Assembly (NCBI GenBank): GCA_964562675.1
Contig: CAZLUG010000005.1
Coordinates: 1 to 38,519 of the forward strand
Reading direction: 5' to 3'
Length of the DNA: 38,519 bases
From: an uncultured Candidatus Saccharibacteria bacterium
GTDB taxonomy: Bacteria > Patescibacteriota > Minisyncoccia > Minisyncoccales > CG1-02-41-26
Below, in pieces: positions 17,580 through 26,413 of this stretch (its first letter is position 1; every line of letters begins with the position of its first letter). Under the pieces are notes generated by a model, which was not told where the DNA came from, ran no database searches, and worked only from the letters and a program-made list of their open reading frames with translations. The position numbers and the translations under genes were made by a program.

Positions 17580-18710
17580 ATGCCTTTTGAGAATTCAAAC
17601 CAAAAGAATGTTTTAGATGTCAGCTGGAATGCAATCTTCAAGATCAGTGTAGGAGTGATAGCAATCTATTTCTTATTTCGTATTCGTGAAGTGATTTTGT
17701 GGCTCTTATTTGCTTTGATTATTGCCACGCTGTTTAATTTTTTAATTGATTTCCTCCAAAGGAAAAGAGTTCCCCGGCTTTTTGGAGTAACCATAGTCTA
17801 TCTTGGAGTTTTTGGCGCTTTAAGTTATTTTGTTTATTTGATTGCCCCAACACTTATTTCAGAATTAGAGGCTCTCTCCGTCAATTTGCCGAAATATCTC
17901 CTAAAGCTTTCTCCGCTTTTTGAGCGTCTTGGTATTACTGCTTTTCAAAATATGCATACTTTGACGGCGACATTCAATGCAAGCTTATCAAAAGCCAGCG
18001 AGAATGTTCTAACGGCATTTACAACTGTTTTAGGAGGGGCATCAGCGGCGTTTTCAATTTTTTCTTTTGCTTTTTTTATATCTTTCGAGGAAAGGCTTGT
18101 TGAAAGGACGATAGAATTTTTTCTGCCAAGAAAGTACCGTCTTTACTTTTCGCAGCTTTGGCCCAGATGTCAGGCAAAAGTAAGCGAATGGTTTATTACG
18201 CGGTTAGCGGGCAGTTTATTTGTGGGGTTAATGACGTATATTTTGCTTTTTGCTTTGCATAGTAAATACGCTTTAACTTTTAGTTTATTAAGCGGTGCTC
18301 TGGACTTTATTCCGATTGTTGGACCAACTATTGCGGGGATAATTATGGTTCTGATTACGGCTGCTACTTCTATTTATCAAGCTATCTTTATCCTAGTAGG
18401 TTTTATACTTATTCAACAATTAGAAAATAATGTTCTCTTCCCAATTTTGTTTAAAAGATTTATGGGAATTCCTCCTATTATAATTTTGGTTGCTTTGGTG
18501 TTAGGCGGAAAACTTTGGGGGGTAATGGGTGCAATCTTAGCTATACCATTAGCAGGTATTATATATGAATTTTCTAAAGATTATTTTCGAAAGCTTAGAG
18601 AAACTTTGGAGACCAAAGAGGGCCAGCTTTCACCCCAAGAAGAGCAACCACCCGGACAGCGGATTGAAAACGAAGAACCGCCGAAATCTCAAGAGGGAAA
18701 AATGTTTTAA
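17580..18710 (+). CDS. AI-2E family transporter (PerM/YhhT-like permease)
   Basis: 376 aa with about 8 TM helices. Family-typical LDFIPIVGPTIAGI and QQLENNVLFPILFKR. Acidic/Pro-rich C-terminal tail. Confidence 0.87.
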   Translation: MPFENSNQKNVLDVSWNAIFKISVGVIAIYFLFRIREVILWLLFALIIATLFNFLIDFLQRKRVPRLFGVTIVYLGVFGALSYFVYLIAPTLISELEALSVNLPKYLLKLSPLFERLGITAFQNMHTLTATFNASLSKASENVLTAFTTVLGGASAAFSIFSFAFFISFEERLVERTIEFFLPRKYRLYFSQLWPRCQAKVSEWFITRLAGSLFVGLMTYILLFALHSKYALTFSLLSGALDFIPIVGPTIAGIIMVLITAATSIYQAIFILVGFILIQQLENNVLFPILFKRFMGIPPIIILVALVLGGKLWGVMGAILAIPLAGIIYEFSKDYFRKLRETLETKEGQLSPQEEQPPGQRIENEEPPKSQEGKMF

Positions 18711-18745
18711 TTTTGTTTAGAATTCAGAATAGATATTTTATTAAA

Positions 18746-19468
18746 ATGTCTAGCTTATATATTGTTGCCACGCCGATTGGGAATATGAGGGATATTACTT
18801 TGAGAGCTCTTGATGTTTTGAAAAGAGCTGATTTAATTTTATGCGAAGATACCAGGCAAACAAAGAAATTGTTGAATTATTACCAAATTCATCAAAGAAC
18901 TTTGAGTTACCACCAGCACTCTAATAATAAAAAGACGGATTATATCTTAAATCTCTTGAAGGAGGGGAAACAATTGGCTTTAGTCTGTGATGCGGGAACG
19001 CCGGGTATTTCTGACCCGGGCAACAAGCTTATCAGGGAAATATTTAAAAATTTAGGGGAAGATATTAAAGTTATCCCTATACCGGGAGCTTCATCGTTAT
19101 CGGCGGCCGCGAGTATTTCAGGATTTGCAATGGATAGGTTTTTATTCTTAGGATTTCCTCCCCAGAAGCGCAAAAGGAGAAAATTTATACTGGAATCGTT
19201 GAACTCAAAATATCCAGTTATTTTTTTTGAATCGCCTTATCGGATAATCAAAACTCTTCAGGAGTTAAATAAAGAAAGAGAACAGCTTAAAAATGAGGTA
19301 GAAATTGTTGTTTGCCGAGAGTTGACCAAAAAATTTGAAACAATCTATCGAGGATCCTTAAAAAATGTTTTGCAATCGTTTCTAACCGAAGAGCAAAGCA
19401 AACCTCAGAAGATAAAACAAAGCAGAATAAGAGGAGAATTTACGGTTGTCTTAAAAAATAATCCTTAA
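18746..19468 (+). CDS. rsmI: 16S rRNA (cytidine1402-2'-O)-methyltransferase RsmI
   Basis: The ORF is open from 18713, but ATG 18746 gives the canonical N-terminus MSSLYIVATPIGN. Contains CEDTRQTKKLL, DAGTPGISDPG and FFESPYR. Confidence 0.93.
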   Translation: MSSLYIVATPIGNMRDITLRALDVLKRADLILCEDTRQTKKLLNYYQIHQRTLSYHQHSNNKKTDYILNLLKEGKQLALVCDAGTPGISDPGNKLIREIFKNLGEDIKVIPIPGASSLSAAASISGFAMDRFLFLGFPPQKRKRRKFILESLNSKYPVIFFESPYRIIKTLQELNKEREQLKNEVEIVVCRELTKKFETIYRGSLKNVLQSFLTEEQSKPQKIKQSRIRGEFTVVLKNNP

Positions 19469-19491
19469 TTTTTTAGAATAAAAATATTATT

Positions 19492-21051
19492 ATGTCTAGT
19501 TTTCGTTCTTCTTTAAAAAAATATTTATTGGAGAATTTTTTTTCTGGCAAAGAAATAAAAAGTCCTCGAAAGATTTTTATTTCTACGGCCATAGATTACG
19601 TAAATTCTTCTCCTCACCTTGGACACTGTTTAGAAAAAGTGCAAGCTGATGTTTTGGCAAGGTACTACCGTAGTCTAGGAAGAGAAGTGTTCTTTTTGAG
19701 CGGCACAGATGAAAATAGCTTGAAAAATGTCAAAGCCGCCGAGAAAAACAGCAGAGAAGTAAAGAAATGGGTCCAAGAGCATTCCCAAAAATTTTATGCT
19801 TTAAAAGAAGCTTTAAATTTATCTTTTGATGATTTTATTCGCACCACTCAAAAAAGGCATATTTTAGGAACACAAAAGTTGTGGGAAGCCTGCAAAAAAG
19901 ATATTTATAAGAAGAAATACAAAGGCCTTTACTGTATTGGCGATGAAAGTTTTTATAAGCCAGGCGAATTAATAAAAGGATATTGCCCCGGGCATCCCGG
20001 AGAAAAGCCGATTTTCTTGGAAGAGACGAATTATTTTTTCAAGCTTTCTCGATACCAGTCTCAATTAACCGCGCTTCTCCAAAAAAATAGTATAGCTATT
20101 TTCCCTCCTACTCGGAAAAATGAAGTTTTAAGTTTTGTAAAACGAGGGTTGGAAGATATTTGCATTTCTCGAGACGCTAAAAGGGCTCATCATTGGGGGA
20201 TTGACGTTCCGGGGGATTCGACTCAAAAAATTTGGGTTTGGTTTGACGCTTTATCAAATTATGTCAATGCCTTGGGTTACGCCGAAAATTCTTCTCAGTT
20301 TCTCACGTATTGGCAAAAAGGCGAAACGTTGCATATTATTGGCAAGGATATTTTGCGTTTCCACGCTGTTTATTGGCCGGCGATTTTGCTTTCTGCCGGA
20401 TTAAAACCACCGAGAAAAATTTTAGTGCATGGATTTATGACCATTGCCGGCCAAAAAATGTCTAAAAGCATTGGCAATGTGATTGACCCATTTGCATTAG
20501 TGGCAAAGTATCATACGGACCCGGTAAGATATTTTCTTTTGAGGGAAATTCCTTCTATGGAGGATGGAGATTTTACTTTCTCAAAGTTTGAAACCAGATA
20601 TAATAGTGATTTAGCAAAGGGTTTGGGAAATTTAGCGGCTAGGATTTTGACCATGGGCGAAGGATTAAAACTAGAGATAAAAACAAGGCACTTAGCTTCC
20701 CGGCTTACCGCGGAAAAATCAATCCGCCAAGAAATTCGAAAAACCTGCGAAAACTACCAGAAGACTTTAGAGAACTTTCGATTTAACGAAACCCTCGCTA
20801 GCCTTTGGCGGCTTGTGAGCTTTTGTGATAAATATATTGACGTCAACCGCCCTTGGGAGAATAAAAAAGACAAAAAACTCATTGTTTCCAACCTTTTAAT
20901 CTCTTTGGCGGTGATAGCTTTTCTTTTGGAACCATTTCTGCCCCAGACAGCCGAAAGAATATTTTATAAATTGGGCATTAGCCAAGGCGGGACTTTGAAG
21001 CCTCAAAAGGGAGAACCTCTATTTCCGAGAATTTCTCTCCAGAAACATTAA
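19492..21051 (+). CDS. metG: methionine--tRNA ligase (short form)
   Basis: 519 aa. HIGH-type motif SPHLGHCLE, KMSKS (GQKMSKSIGN) and an anticodon-binding helical domain. No C-terminal EMAPII/Trbp domain. Confidence 0.96.
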   Translation: MSSFRSSLKKYLLENFFSGKEIKSPRKIFISTAIDYVNSSPHLGHCLEKVQADVLARYYRSLGREVFFLSGTDENSLKNVKAAEKNSREVKKWVQEHSQKFYALKEALNLSFDDFIRTTQKRHILGTQKLWEACKKDIYKKKYKGLYCIGDESFYKPGELIKGYCPGHPGEKPIFLEETNYFFKLSRYQSQLTALLQKNSIAIFPPTRKNEVLSFVKRGLEDICISRDAKRAHHWGIDVPGDSTQKIWVWFDALSNYVNALGYAENSSQFLTYWQKGETLHIIGKDILRFHAVYWPAILLSAGLKPPRKILVHGFMTIAGQKMSKSIGNVIDPFALVAKYHTDPVRYFLLREIPSMEDGDFTFSKFETRYNSDLAKGLGNLAARILTMGEGLKLEIKTRHLASRLTAEKSIRQEIRKTCENYQKTLENFRFNETLASLWRLVSFCDKYIDVNRPWENKKDKKLIVSNLLISLAVIAFLLEPFLPQTAERIFYKLGISQGGTLKPQKGEPLFPRISLQKH

Positions 21052-21096
21052 GAGTCAGCGAGGACTCTTTGACGAAATTAGAGTTTGAAGATATTT

Positions 21097-21924
21097 ATGA
21101 TTTATCTAAATAACAAAGACATTATTTTTGATACCCACAGCCACTTAAATCTTGAAGCGTTTTCCAAAGACAGGGATATGGTTATTAAAAAGTGCCTGGC
21201 AAACAATGTTTGGATGATTAATGCGGGCGTTGATTATCAAACCTCTCTTAAAGCCAAAGAAATTGCCGAGCGCTATCCAGTTGGCGTATATGCTGCCGTC
21301 GGACTTCATCCAGAGAATATTTCCCATGAAGATTTTAAACCCAGCCATTATAAAACTTTGGCCAAGAGTTCCAAGGTTTTAGCCGTTGGAGAAATTGGTC
21401 TTGATTACTGGAAAAAACCAAAAGAACAACAGAAGTTTGAGCGTCTGAGAAATAGCCAGGCCGAAATTTTTTCGAAACAGTTAAAGTTAGCCTCCCAGCT
21501 TAATTTGCCAGTTATTATACATTGTCGGAAAGCTCATTATGATCTCCTAGAAATACTTGAAAGATTCAGGAAATTTCATTTGCGGGGGGTTGTGCATAGT
21601 TTTGTGGGCGAATGGGCGATCGCTGAAAAATATCTAGCGAAAGGATTTTATTTAGGTTTCAATGGAATTATTTTTAGAAATATTGAAGGGGTGAATTTTG
21701 AAGATGTTATAAGAAAAACACCCCTTGAGAGAATACTTTTGGAAACAGATAGCCCGTATTTGACGCCTCCTCAGGCTGCTACAAAAAGAAATGAACCTAT
21801 TTTTGCAAAATACGTAGCTCAAGAGATTGCGAAAATTAAAAATACCTCTTTAAAAAAAATTAAAGAAGCTACTTTTAAAAATGCTCAAGAGCTTTTTAAA
21901 TTAGGAGTTGAAGTTTTACAATAA
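21097..21924 (+). CDS. tatD: TatD family metal-dependent hydrolase/DNase
   Basis: The ORF is open from TTG 21085, and ATG 21097 is the likelier start. Contains FDTHSHL, VGEIGLDY, IHCR, GVVHSF and LETDSPYL. Confidence 0.9.
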   Translation: MIYLNNKDIIFDTHSHLNLEAFSKDRDMVIKKCLANNVWMINAGVDYQTSLKAKEIAERYPVGVYAAVGLHPENISHEDFKPSHYKTLAKSSKVLAVGEIGLDYWKKPKEQQKFERLRNSQAEIFSKQLKLASQLNLPVIIHCRKAHYDLLEILERFRKFHLRGVVHSFVGEWAIAEKYLAKGFYLGFNGIIFRNIEGVNFEDVIRKTPLERILLETDSPYLTPPQAATKRNEPIFAKYVAQEIAKIKNTSLKKIKEATFKNAQELFKLGVEVLQ

Positions 21925-21942
21925 AATTTTTATTTTTAAAAG

Positions 21943-22923
21943 ATGATGTGGAAATTAAAGCCGAAAATAAAATCCAGCAAGCAAATTTCCCCTTTATATG
22001 TGATAGGCCTTGACGGGGGCGGCACAAAAACGGAGGCAGTTTTAGCTAACGAAGATGGAGAAATTATAAAAAGATCGTTCAGCGGTCCGTCAAATTTCCG
22101 CAATATTGGTTTCCAAAGAAGTATTAATAATATTTCTCAAGCTCTAGCAGGAATTTTAGGTTCTCGGAAGGGAATTAAAGTAGCTGCTTCTTGTTTAGCT
22201 TTGCCTTCTTTAAGTGAGGAATATAAGGGTTTTGAAAAGAAAATTAAGAGCGCTCTTTTGAAAATAAAAGATCTTCGGCCGATTTTTGTTAGTCCGGTTA
22301 ATATTGTGAGTGACCAAATAGAAGCTTTGCGTTCGGTGACTTCAAAAAATTATGGGGTTGTGCTGATAGCGGGCACAGGCAGTGTTATCCACGGTTGGAA
22401 CCAAGAGAAAGAATCAAAAGTTAGCGGTTGGGGATATCTTAATGACGAAGGTTCAGCGTTTTGGATTGGAGAGGAATCTTTTCGGGCTATTTTGAAATAT
22501 CTTGATGGAAGAGGGGCGAAAACTTTAATGGCAAAATTTGCTTTTCAAAAACTTAGAGCCAAAAACTTAAAAGAATTCTTGACCAATATCTATAGCCAAG
22601 ATATCATTAGAGTAGTTTCTTTGATAGCTGAAGTAACAGATCAAGCAGCGGAATCTGGCGACGAAACAGCTCGGCAGATTATTGTCAAAGGCGCAAAAGA
22701 ATTATTATTAGGACTTCGAACGGTCATTCAAAAATTAGATTTTCAAGATAGCTTCCCGGCCGTTTTAACGGGGAGTATGTTTAAATCAAGGCTGTTTTTA
22801 GAAAACGTAGAACAAAGAATTAGAAATGATTTTCCCTTAGGAAGTGTTAAATTGGTCAGTCAACCTATACAGGGATCTGTAAATATAGCCATTGCGAGGG
22901 CGAAAAATAATTATGTGGATTGA
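21943..22923 (+). CDS. BadF/BadG/BcrA/BcrD-type ATPase (N-acetylglucosamine-kinase-like sugar kinase)
   Basis: 326 aa. ASKHA phosphate-1 motif IGLDGGGTKTE, AGTGSV and GWGYLNDEGSAFWIG. Confidence 0.75.
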   Translation: MMWKLKPKIKSSKQISPLYVIGLDGGGTKTEAVLANEDGEIIKRSFSGPSNFRNIGFQRSINNISQALAGILGSRKGIKVAASCLALPSLSEEYKGFEKKIKSALLKIKDLRPIFVSPVNIVSDQIEALRSVTSKNYGVVLIAGTGSVIHGWNQEKESKVSGWGYLNDEGSAFWIGEESFRAILKYLDGRGAKTLMAKFAFQKLRAKNLKEFLTNIYSQDIIRVVSLIAEVTDQAAESGDETARQIIVKGAKELLLGLRTVIQKLDFQDSFPAVLTGSMFKSRLFLENVEQRIRNDFPLGSVKLVSQPIQGSVNIAIARAKNNYVD

Positions 22924-23482
22924 TTTCATAAAGTTTAACCAAGACCTATTTTTTAAGATTAATAATTTAGCAGCCGATTCAAGATTTTTAGACAACCTGG
23001 GCATTTTCTTTGCTAAAGACTTAATTTATCTTCTCATTGGTTTTATCTCCTTTTTTGCTTTATTTGCCTTTTGGAAAAAGAGATACCGGGGTTTAGTAGT
23101 TTGGATTATTGCTTCAGTTGTTTTAGCGAGGGGAATTTTGACTCCCTTAATTAGATATCTTTTCCCTAGCGCCCGGCCTTTTGTTAACCATAGCGTTAAT
23201 CTTCTTTTAGTGCACGATGCCAGCAATTCATTTCCTTCGGGCCATACCGCTTTTCTCTTTGCTCTTTCTTCAGCTATATTCTTTTATGCTTTTACCAAGG
23301 CGCTTAGCAGCAAAGAAAAAAGTTTTTTTCTTTATCTGGGAACTCTATTTTTAGCTTTAAGTCTTCTAGTTGGTTTAGCGAGAGTTTTTTGCGGAGTGCA
23401 TTGGCCAGCTGATATTTTAGAAGGGGTAATTGTTGGAATCTTTTCAGGGTGGTTTCCTTATTTTTTGAAAAAGAAGTTCTAA
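22913..23482 (+). CDS. PAP2 family phosphatase (BcrC-like undecaprenyl-diphosphatase candidate)
   Basis: ATG 22913 overlaps the upstream stop by 11 nt (the ORF is open from TTG 22892). PAP2 tripartite motif: SARPF, FPSGHTAF and ARVFCGVHWPADIL. Multi-TM. Confidence 0.85.
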   Translation: MWIDFIKFNQDLFFKINNLAADSRFLDNLGIFFAKDLIYLLIGFISFFALFAFWKKRYRGLVVWIIASVVLARGILTPLIRYLFPSARPFVNHSVNLLLVHDASNSFPSGHTAFLFALSSAIFFYAFTKALSSKEKSFFLYLGTLFLALSLLVGLARVFCGVHWPADILEGVIVGIFSGWFPYFLKKKF

Positions 23483-23527
23483 AATAATACGTGTCTTTAA
23501 CAATTTTTTCAATCAGGGATTTTCGTT

Positions 23528-24154
23528 ATGTGGCAACATATCATTTCTTTTATTGTGGGCGTTGTTTCAGGTTTAGCTTATCCAGGCATAGTCATCTTAA
23601 TGTTTTTAGAAAGTTCTTTTTTTCCTTTTCCTTCTGAAATTGTGATGATTCCCGCTGGATATCTAGCGGCGGCGGGCAAGATGAATTTATTTTTGGTTAT
23701 TGCTTTCGGTATACTCGGGAGTTTATCGGGAGCTATTTTTAATTATTATTTAGGCTACAAACTTGGCCGGCCTTTTCTAGTTAAATACGGCAGATATATG
23801 CTTTTGCGCGAAGAAAAACTGTCAAAGATAGAAGAAATGTTTAATACCCACGGCGCTATTATTACATTTATCGGCCGACTTTTGCCGGGGATAAGGCAAT
23901 ATATTTCTTTTCCTCCAGGCATTACAAAGATGTCTTTCCCCAAATTCGCAATTTTTACTTCATTGGGAGCAGGAATATGGACGACCGTTTTAACTTTATT
24001 AGGATATTTTTTAGGGGAGAATCAATATTTAATTCAAAAGTATCTTCGCCAAATTTTATATATTCTTTTAATATTTTCTTTTGCTCTGACCGTGATTTAT
24101 ATTTTTTACTATAAGCGCAAGCATCATAGTCACTCTGTTAAAACATCTAAATAA
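23528..24154 (+). CDS. DedA family membrane protein
   Basis: 208 aa. DedA/SNARE-associated signature ESSFFPFPSEIVMIPAGY, GRLLPGIRQYISFPPG. Confidence 0.9.
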   Translation: MWQHIISFIVGVVSGLAYPGIVILMFLESSFFPFPSEIVMIPAGYLAAAGKMNLFLVIAFGILGSLSGAIFNYYLGYKLGRPFLVKYGRYMLLREEKLSKIEEMFNTHGAIITFIGRLLPGIRQYISFPPGITKMSFPKFAIFTSLGAGIWTTVLTLLGYFLGENQYLIQKYLRQILYILLIFSFALTVIYIFYYKRKHHSHSVKTSK

Positions 24155-24157
24155 CCT

Positions 24158-24186
24158 AAAACACACGGACTTAAGCCGTGTGTTTT
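24158..24186. terminator. bidirectional intrinsic terminator between the convergent DedA gene and tRNA-Leu
   Basis: AAAACACACGG (24158-24168) and CCGTGTGTTTT (24176-24186) with loop ACTTAAG. A/T runs on both sides give a U-tract in either orientation. Confidence 0.7.
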
Positions 24187-24201
24187 ACTCTAGATTTTTA
24201 G

Positions 24202-24285
24202 TGCCTGAGGAGGGAGTCGAACCCTCACCCTGTTGCCAGGACAGGATTTTGAGTCCTGCGCGTCTACCAGTTCCGCCACCCAGGC
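24202..24285 (-). tRNA. tRNA-Leu (anticodon CAA), class II with long variable arm, no encoded CCA
   Basis: Minus strand reads GCCTGGG-TG-GCGGAACTGGTAGACGC-G-CAGGA-CTCAAAA-TCCTG-(TCCTGGCAACAGGGT)-GAGGG-TTCGACT-CCCTC-CTCAGGC-A. 7-bp acceptor stem (one G-U pair), TTCGA T-loop, 84 nt. Confidence 0.93.
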
Positions 24286-26376
24286 TTAATGATTGCTCAA
24301 TTTCTTTATTTCTTCTTCAGTTGCCTTTTTTGAAAAATCGCAATCTTTATTTGAACACTTTATAAGCTTTCTCCTTTGGTCATAGACTAGCAAAGAATGG
24401 CATTTTGGGCAAGTTTCTTTTAAGGGTTTATCCCAGAGCGCGAAATCGCATTTTGGCCAGCGAGAACAGGCATAGAAAATTTTACCCTTTTTTGTCCGCT
24501 TTTCAATAATGTCGCCAATTTTACATTTTGGGCATTTAATCCCCAGTGTTTTTTTCTCTAGAGGAGCGGTGTACCTGCATTTAGGAAAATTTGTGCAGGC
24601 ATAAAATTTTCCATAGCGGCCAAGCTTAATAATTAAAGGAGCCCCGCACTTTGGACACTTTTTATTTGTTTTTTCTTCGGCAATTTTTTGTTTAGAGAGC
24701 TCTTTATATTTCTTTTTAAGTTGGTTGGAAAAAGGCGTGTAAAATTGCCTAATAAGTTCTTGCCATTTTTCTTTTCCTTGGGCTACTTTGTCTAAATTTT
24801 TTTCTAAGTTGGCGGTAAATTTGAGGTCGACTATTTTTGGAAAATGATTTTCTAAAAGATGATTAACGACTTTGCCAAGATCGGTTGGTTCGAATTTCCT
24901 GTTTTGGTTTTTTTGAACGTAGCCTCTTAACTGAATTGTTGAAACAATAGGAGCGTAAGTAGAAGGGCGCCCGATTTCTTCTTTTTCTAATGTTTTAATG
25001 AGGCTGGCTTCGGTGTAACGAGCCGGTGGTTTTGTAAAATGTTGTCCGGGGACAAGTTTTTCTAATTCTAGATTTTCTTTAAGAGCAAGGGGAGGCAGCT
25101 TTTTTTCCTCGAACTTTAGCGGATAAACTTTCAAAAATCCTTCAAACTTTAAAGTTTGGCCGGAAGCTCTAAAAATATAGTCTTTAGCTTTAATATCTAC
25201 TGTTAAAGAATCGAATTTTGCTTGGCTCATTTGTGAAGCGATAAATCTTTTCCAAATAAGCTCAAAAAGCGAAGTTTCCCGATGGTCTAATTTCATCTTT
25301 GCTTGAATTTCCTGGGGAGTTTGATTTGGTTTGGTTGGTCGAATGGCCTCGTGAGCTTCTTGGGCGCTTTTTGATTTTGTTTTGTATTTTCTAAATTGGT
25401 AGTAACTTTCCCCAAATATTTTTGTGATGAATTCTTTTGCCTTTGCTAAAGATTCGTTTGAGAGGTTTAAAGAATCCGTGCGGTGATAGGTGATAATACC
25501 CCGCTCGTAAAGGATTTGTGCAAGCCGCATAGTAAATTTTGCTGACCAATGAAACTTTTGCCAAGCCTCTTGCTGAAGTGTACTTGTGGTGAAAGGGGGA
25601 AGAGGATTTCTTTTGACCTCTTTTTTTGCCAAGCTTTTAATTTGGTAGGGAGCGCCTTTTAACCTCTGAATAACCGCCTCCGCGTCAGCCCCTTTCTTAA
25701 GAGCAAATTTTGAGAGGGTTTTATTTTTTTCTTTGATTAAAACTGCTTCGAATTGATTTTGTTCTTGGCTTTTATTGGTTTTTTTTCTCAAAACAGCAGT
25801 AATTGTCCAATATTCCTGGGGTTTGAAAGCCTCAATTTCTTTTTCTCTTTCGCAAATTAGTTTTAAAGCAACCGATTGGACTCTTCCTGCCGATAACCCC
25901 CGGGCAACTTTTTTCCAGAGAAGAGGGGAAAGCTTATAGCCGACAAGCCTGTCTAAAATTCTTCTTGCTTGTTGAGCTTGGACAAGATTTGTATTAATCC
26001 GGCGGGGATTCTTTAAAGCTTTAATGATAGCGGATTTAGTTATTTCGTGGAAAACGATTCGTTGGTAATCTCGGGGAGTTTTGGGGCTCAAAACTTGAGC
26101 AATATGCCAAGCGATAGCCTCGCCTTCCCGGTCTTCATCAGAAGCCAAGATAATTTCTTTTTTATCTTTTGCTTCTTCTTTAAGTTGCCGGACGACGCGA
26201 CGCGCTTTTAGAGGAATGATGTATTTTGGCTCGAAATTATTTTCAACATCAACTCCTAACTCACTTTTGGGGAGATCACGTATATGGCCAAAAGAAGCAA
26301 TGACCTTGTATCCCGGACCGAGAAATTTACTGATCGTTTTTGATTTAGTGGGGCTCTCGACGATAATGAGTTTCAT
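24286..26376 (-). CDS. topA: DNA topoisomerase I
   Basis: 696 aa. TOPRIM domain (LIIVESPTKSKTI, ASDEDREGEAIAWH), the YHRTDS active-site Tyr region, and three C-terminal CxxC...CxxC zinc ribbons. Confidence 0.97.
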   Translation of the reverse strand: MKLIIVESPTKSKTISKFLGPGYKVIASFGHIRDLPKSELGVDVENNFEPKYIIPLKARRVVRQLKEEAKDKKEIILASDEDREGEAIAWHIAQVLSPKTPRDYQRIVFHEITKSAIIKALKNPRRINTNLVQAQQARRILDRLVGYKLSPLLWKKVARGLSAGRVQSVALKLICEREKEIEAFKPQEYWTITAVLRKKTNKSQEQNQFEAVLIKEKNKTLSKFALKKGADAEAVIQRLKGAPYQIKSLAKKEVKRNPLPPFTTSTLQQEAWQKFHWSAKFTMRLAQILYERGIITYHRTDSLNLSNESLAKAKEFITKIFGESYYQFRKYKTKSKSAQEAHEAIRPTKPNQTPQEIQAKMKLDHRETSLFELIWKRFIASQMSQAKFDSLTVDIKAKDYIFRASGQTLKFEGFLKVYPLKFEEKKLPPLALKENLELEKLVPGQHFTKPPARYTEASLIKTLEKEEIGRPSTYAPIVSTIQLRGYVQKNQNRKFEPTDLGKVVNHLLENHFPKIVDLKFTANLEKNLDKVAQGKEKWQELIRQFYTPFSNQLKKKYKELSKQKIAEEKTNKKCPKCGAPLIIKLGRYGKFYACTNFPKCRYTAPLEKKTLGIKCPKCKIGDIIEKRTKKGKIFYACSRWPKCDFALWDKPLKETCPKCHSLLVYDQRRKLIKCSNKDCDFSKKATEEEIKKLSNH

Positions 26377-26413
26377 AAAACCTTAATAAAGATTAGTTGA
26401 ACGAGATTATTTT

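Noticed and set aside
21050-21069. 7-bp hairpin AAGAGTC/GACTCTT straight after the metG stop, as a terminator. Also TTGACG-17-TATTTA (21069-21097) as a tatD promoter.
   Set aside because: No U-tract follows the stem. The putative -10 box overlaps the tatD ATG, so the predicted start site would fall inside the coding region. metG-tatD co-transcription is more likely.
22913-22921. TGTGGATTG resembling a DnaA box, together with the strand switches at about 24.2 kb and 30.2 kb, as a possible replication origin.
   Set aside because: It is a single 7/9 match inside a coding overlap. There is no cluster of boxes, no dnaA or dnaN nearby, and the divergent 30.2-kb gap is fully accounted for by two promoters.
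24180-24365. 61-aa plus-strand ORF overlapping tRNA-Leu and the topA 3' end.
   Set aside because: It is entirely explained by the antisense of a tRNA gene and of the topA C-terminus, with no independent signals.
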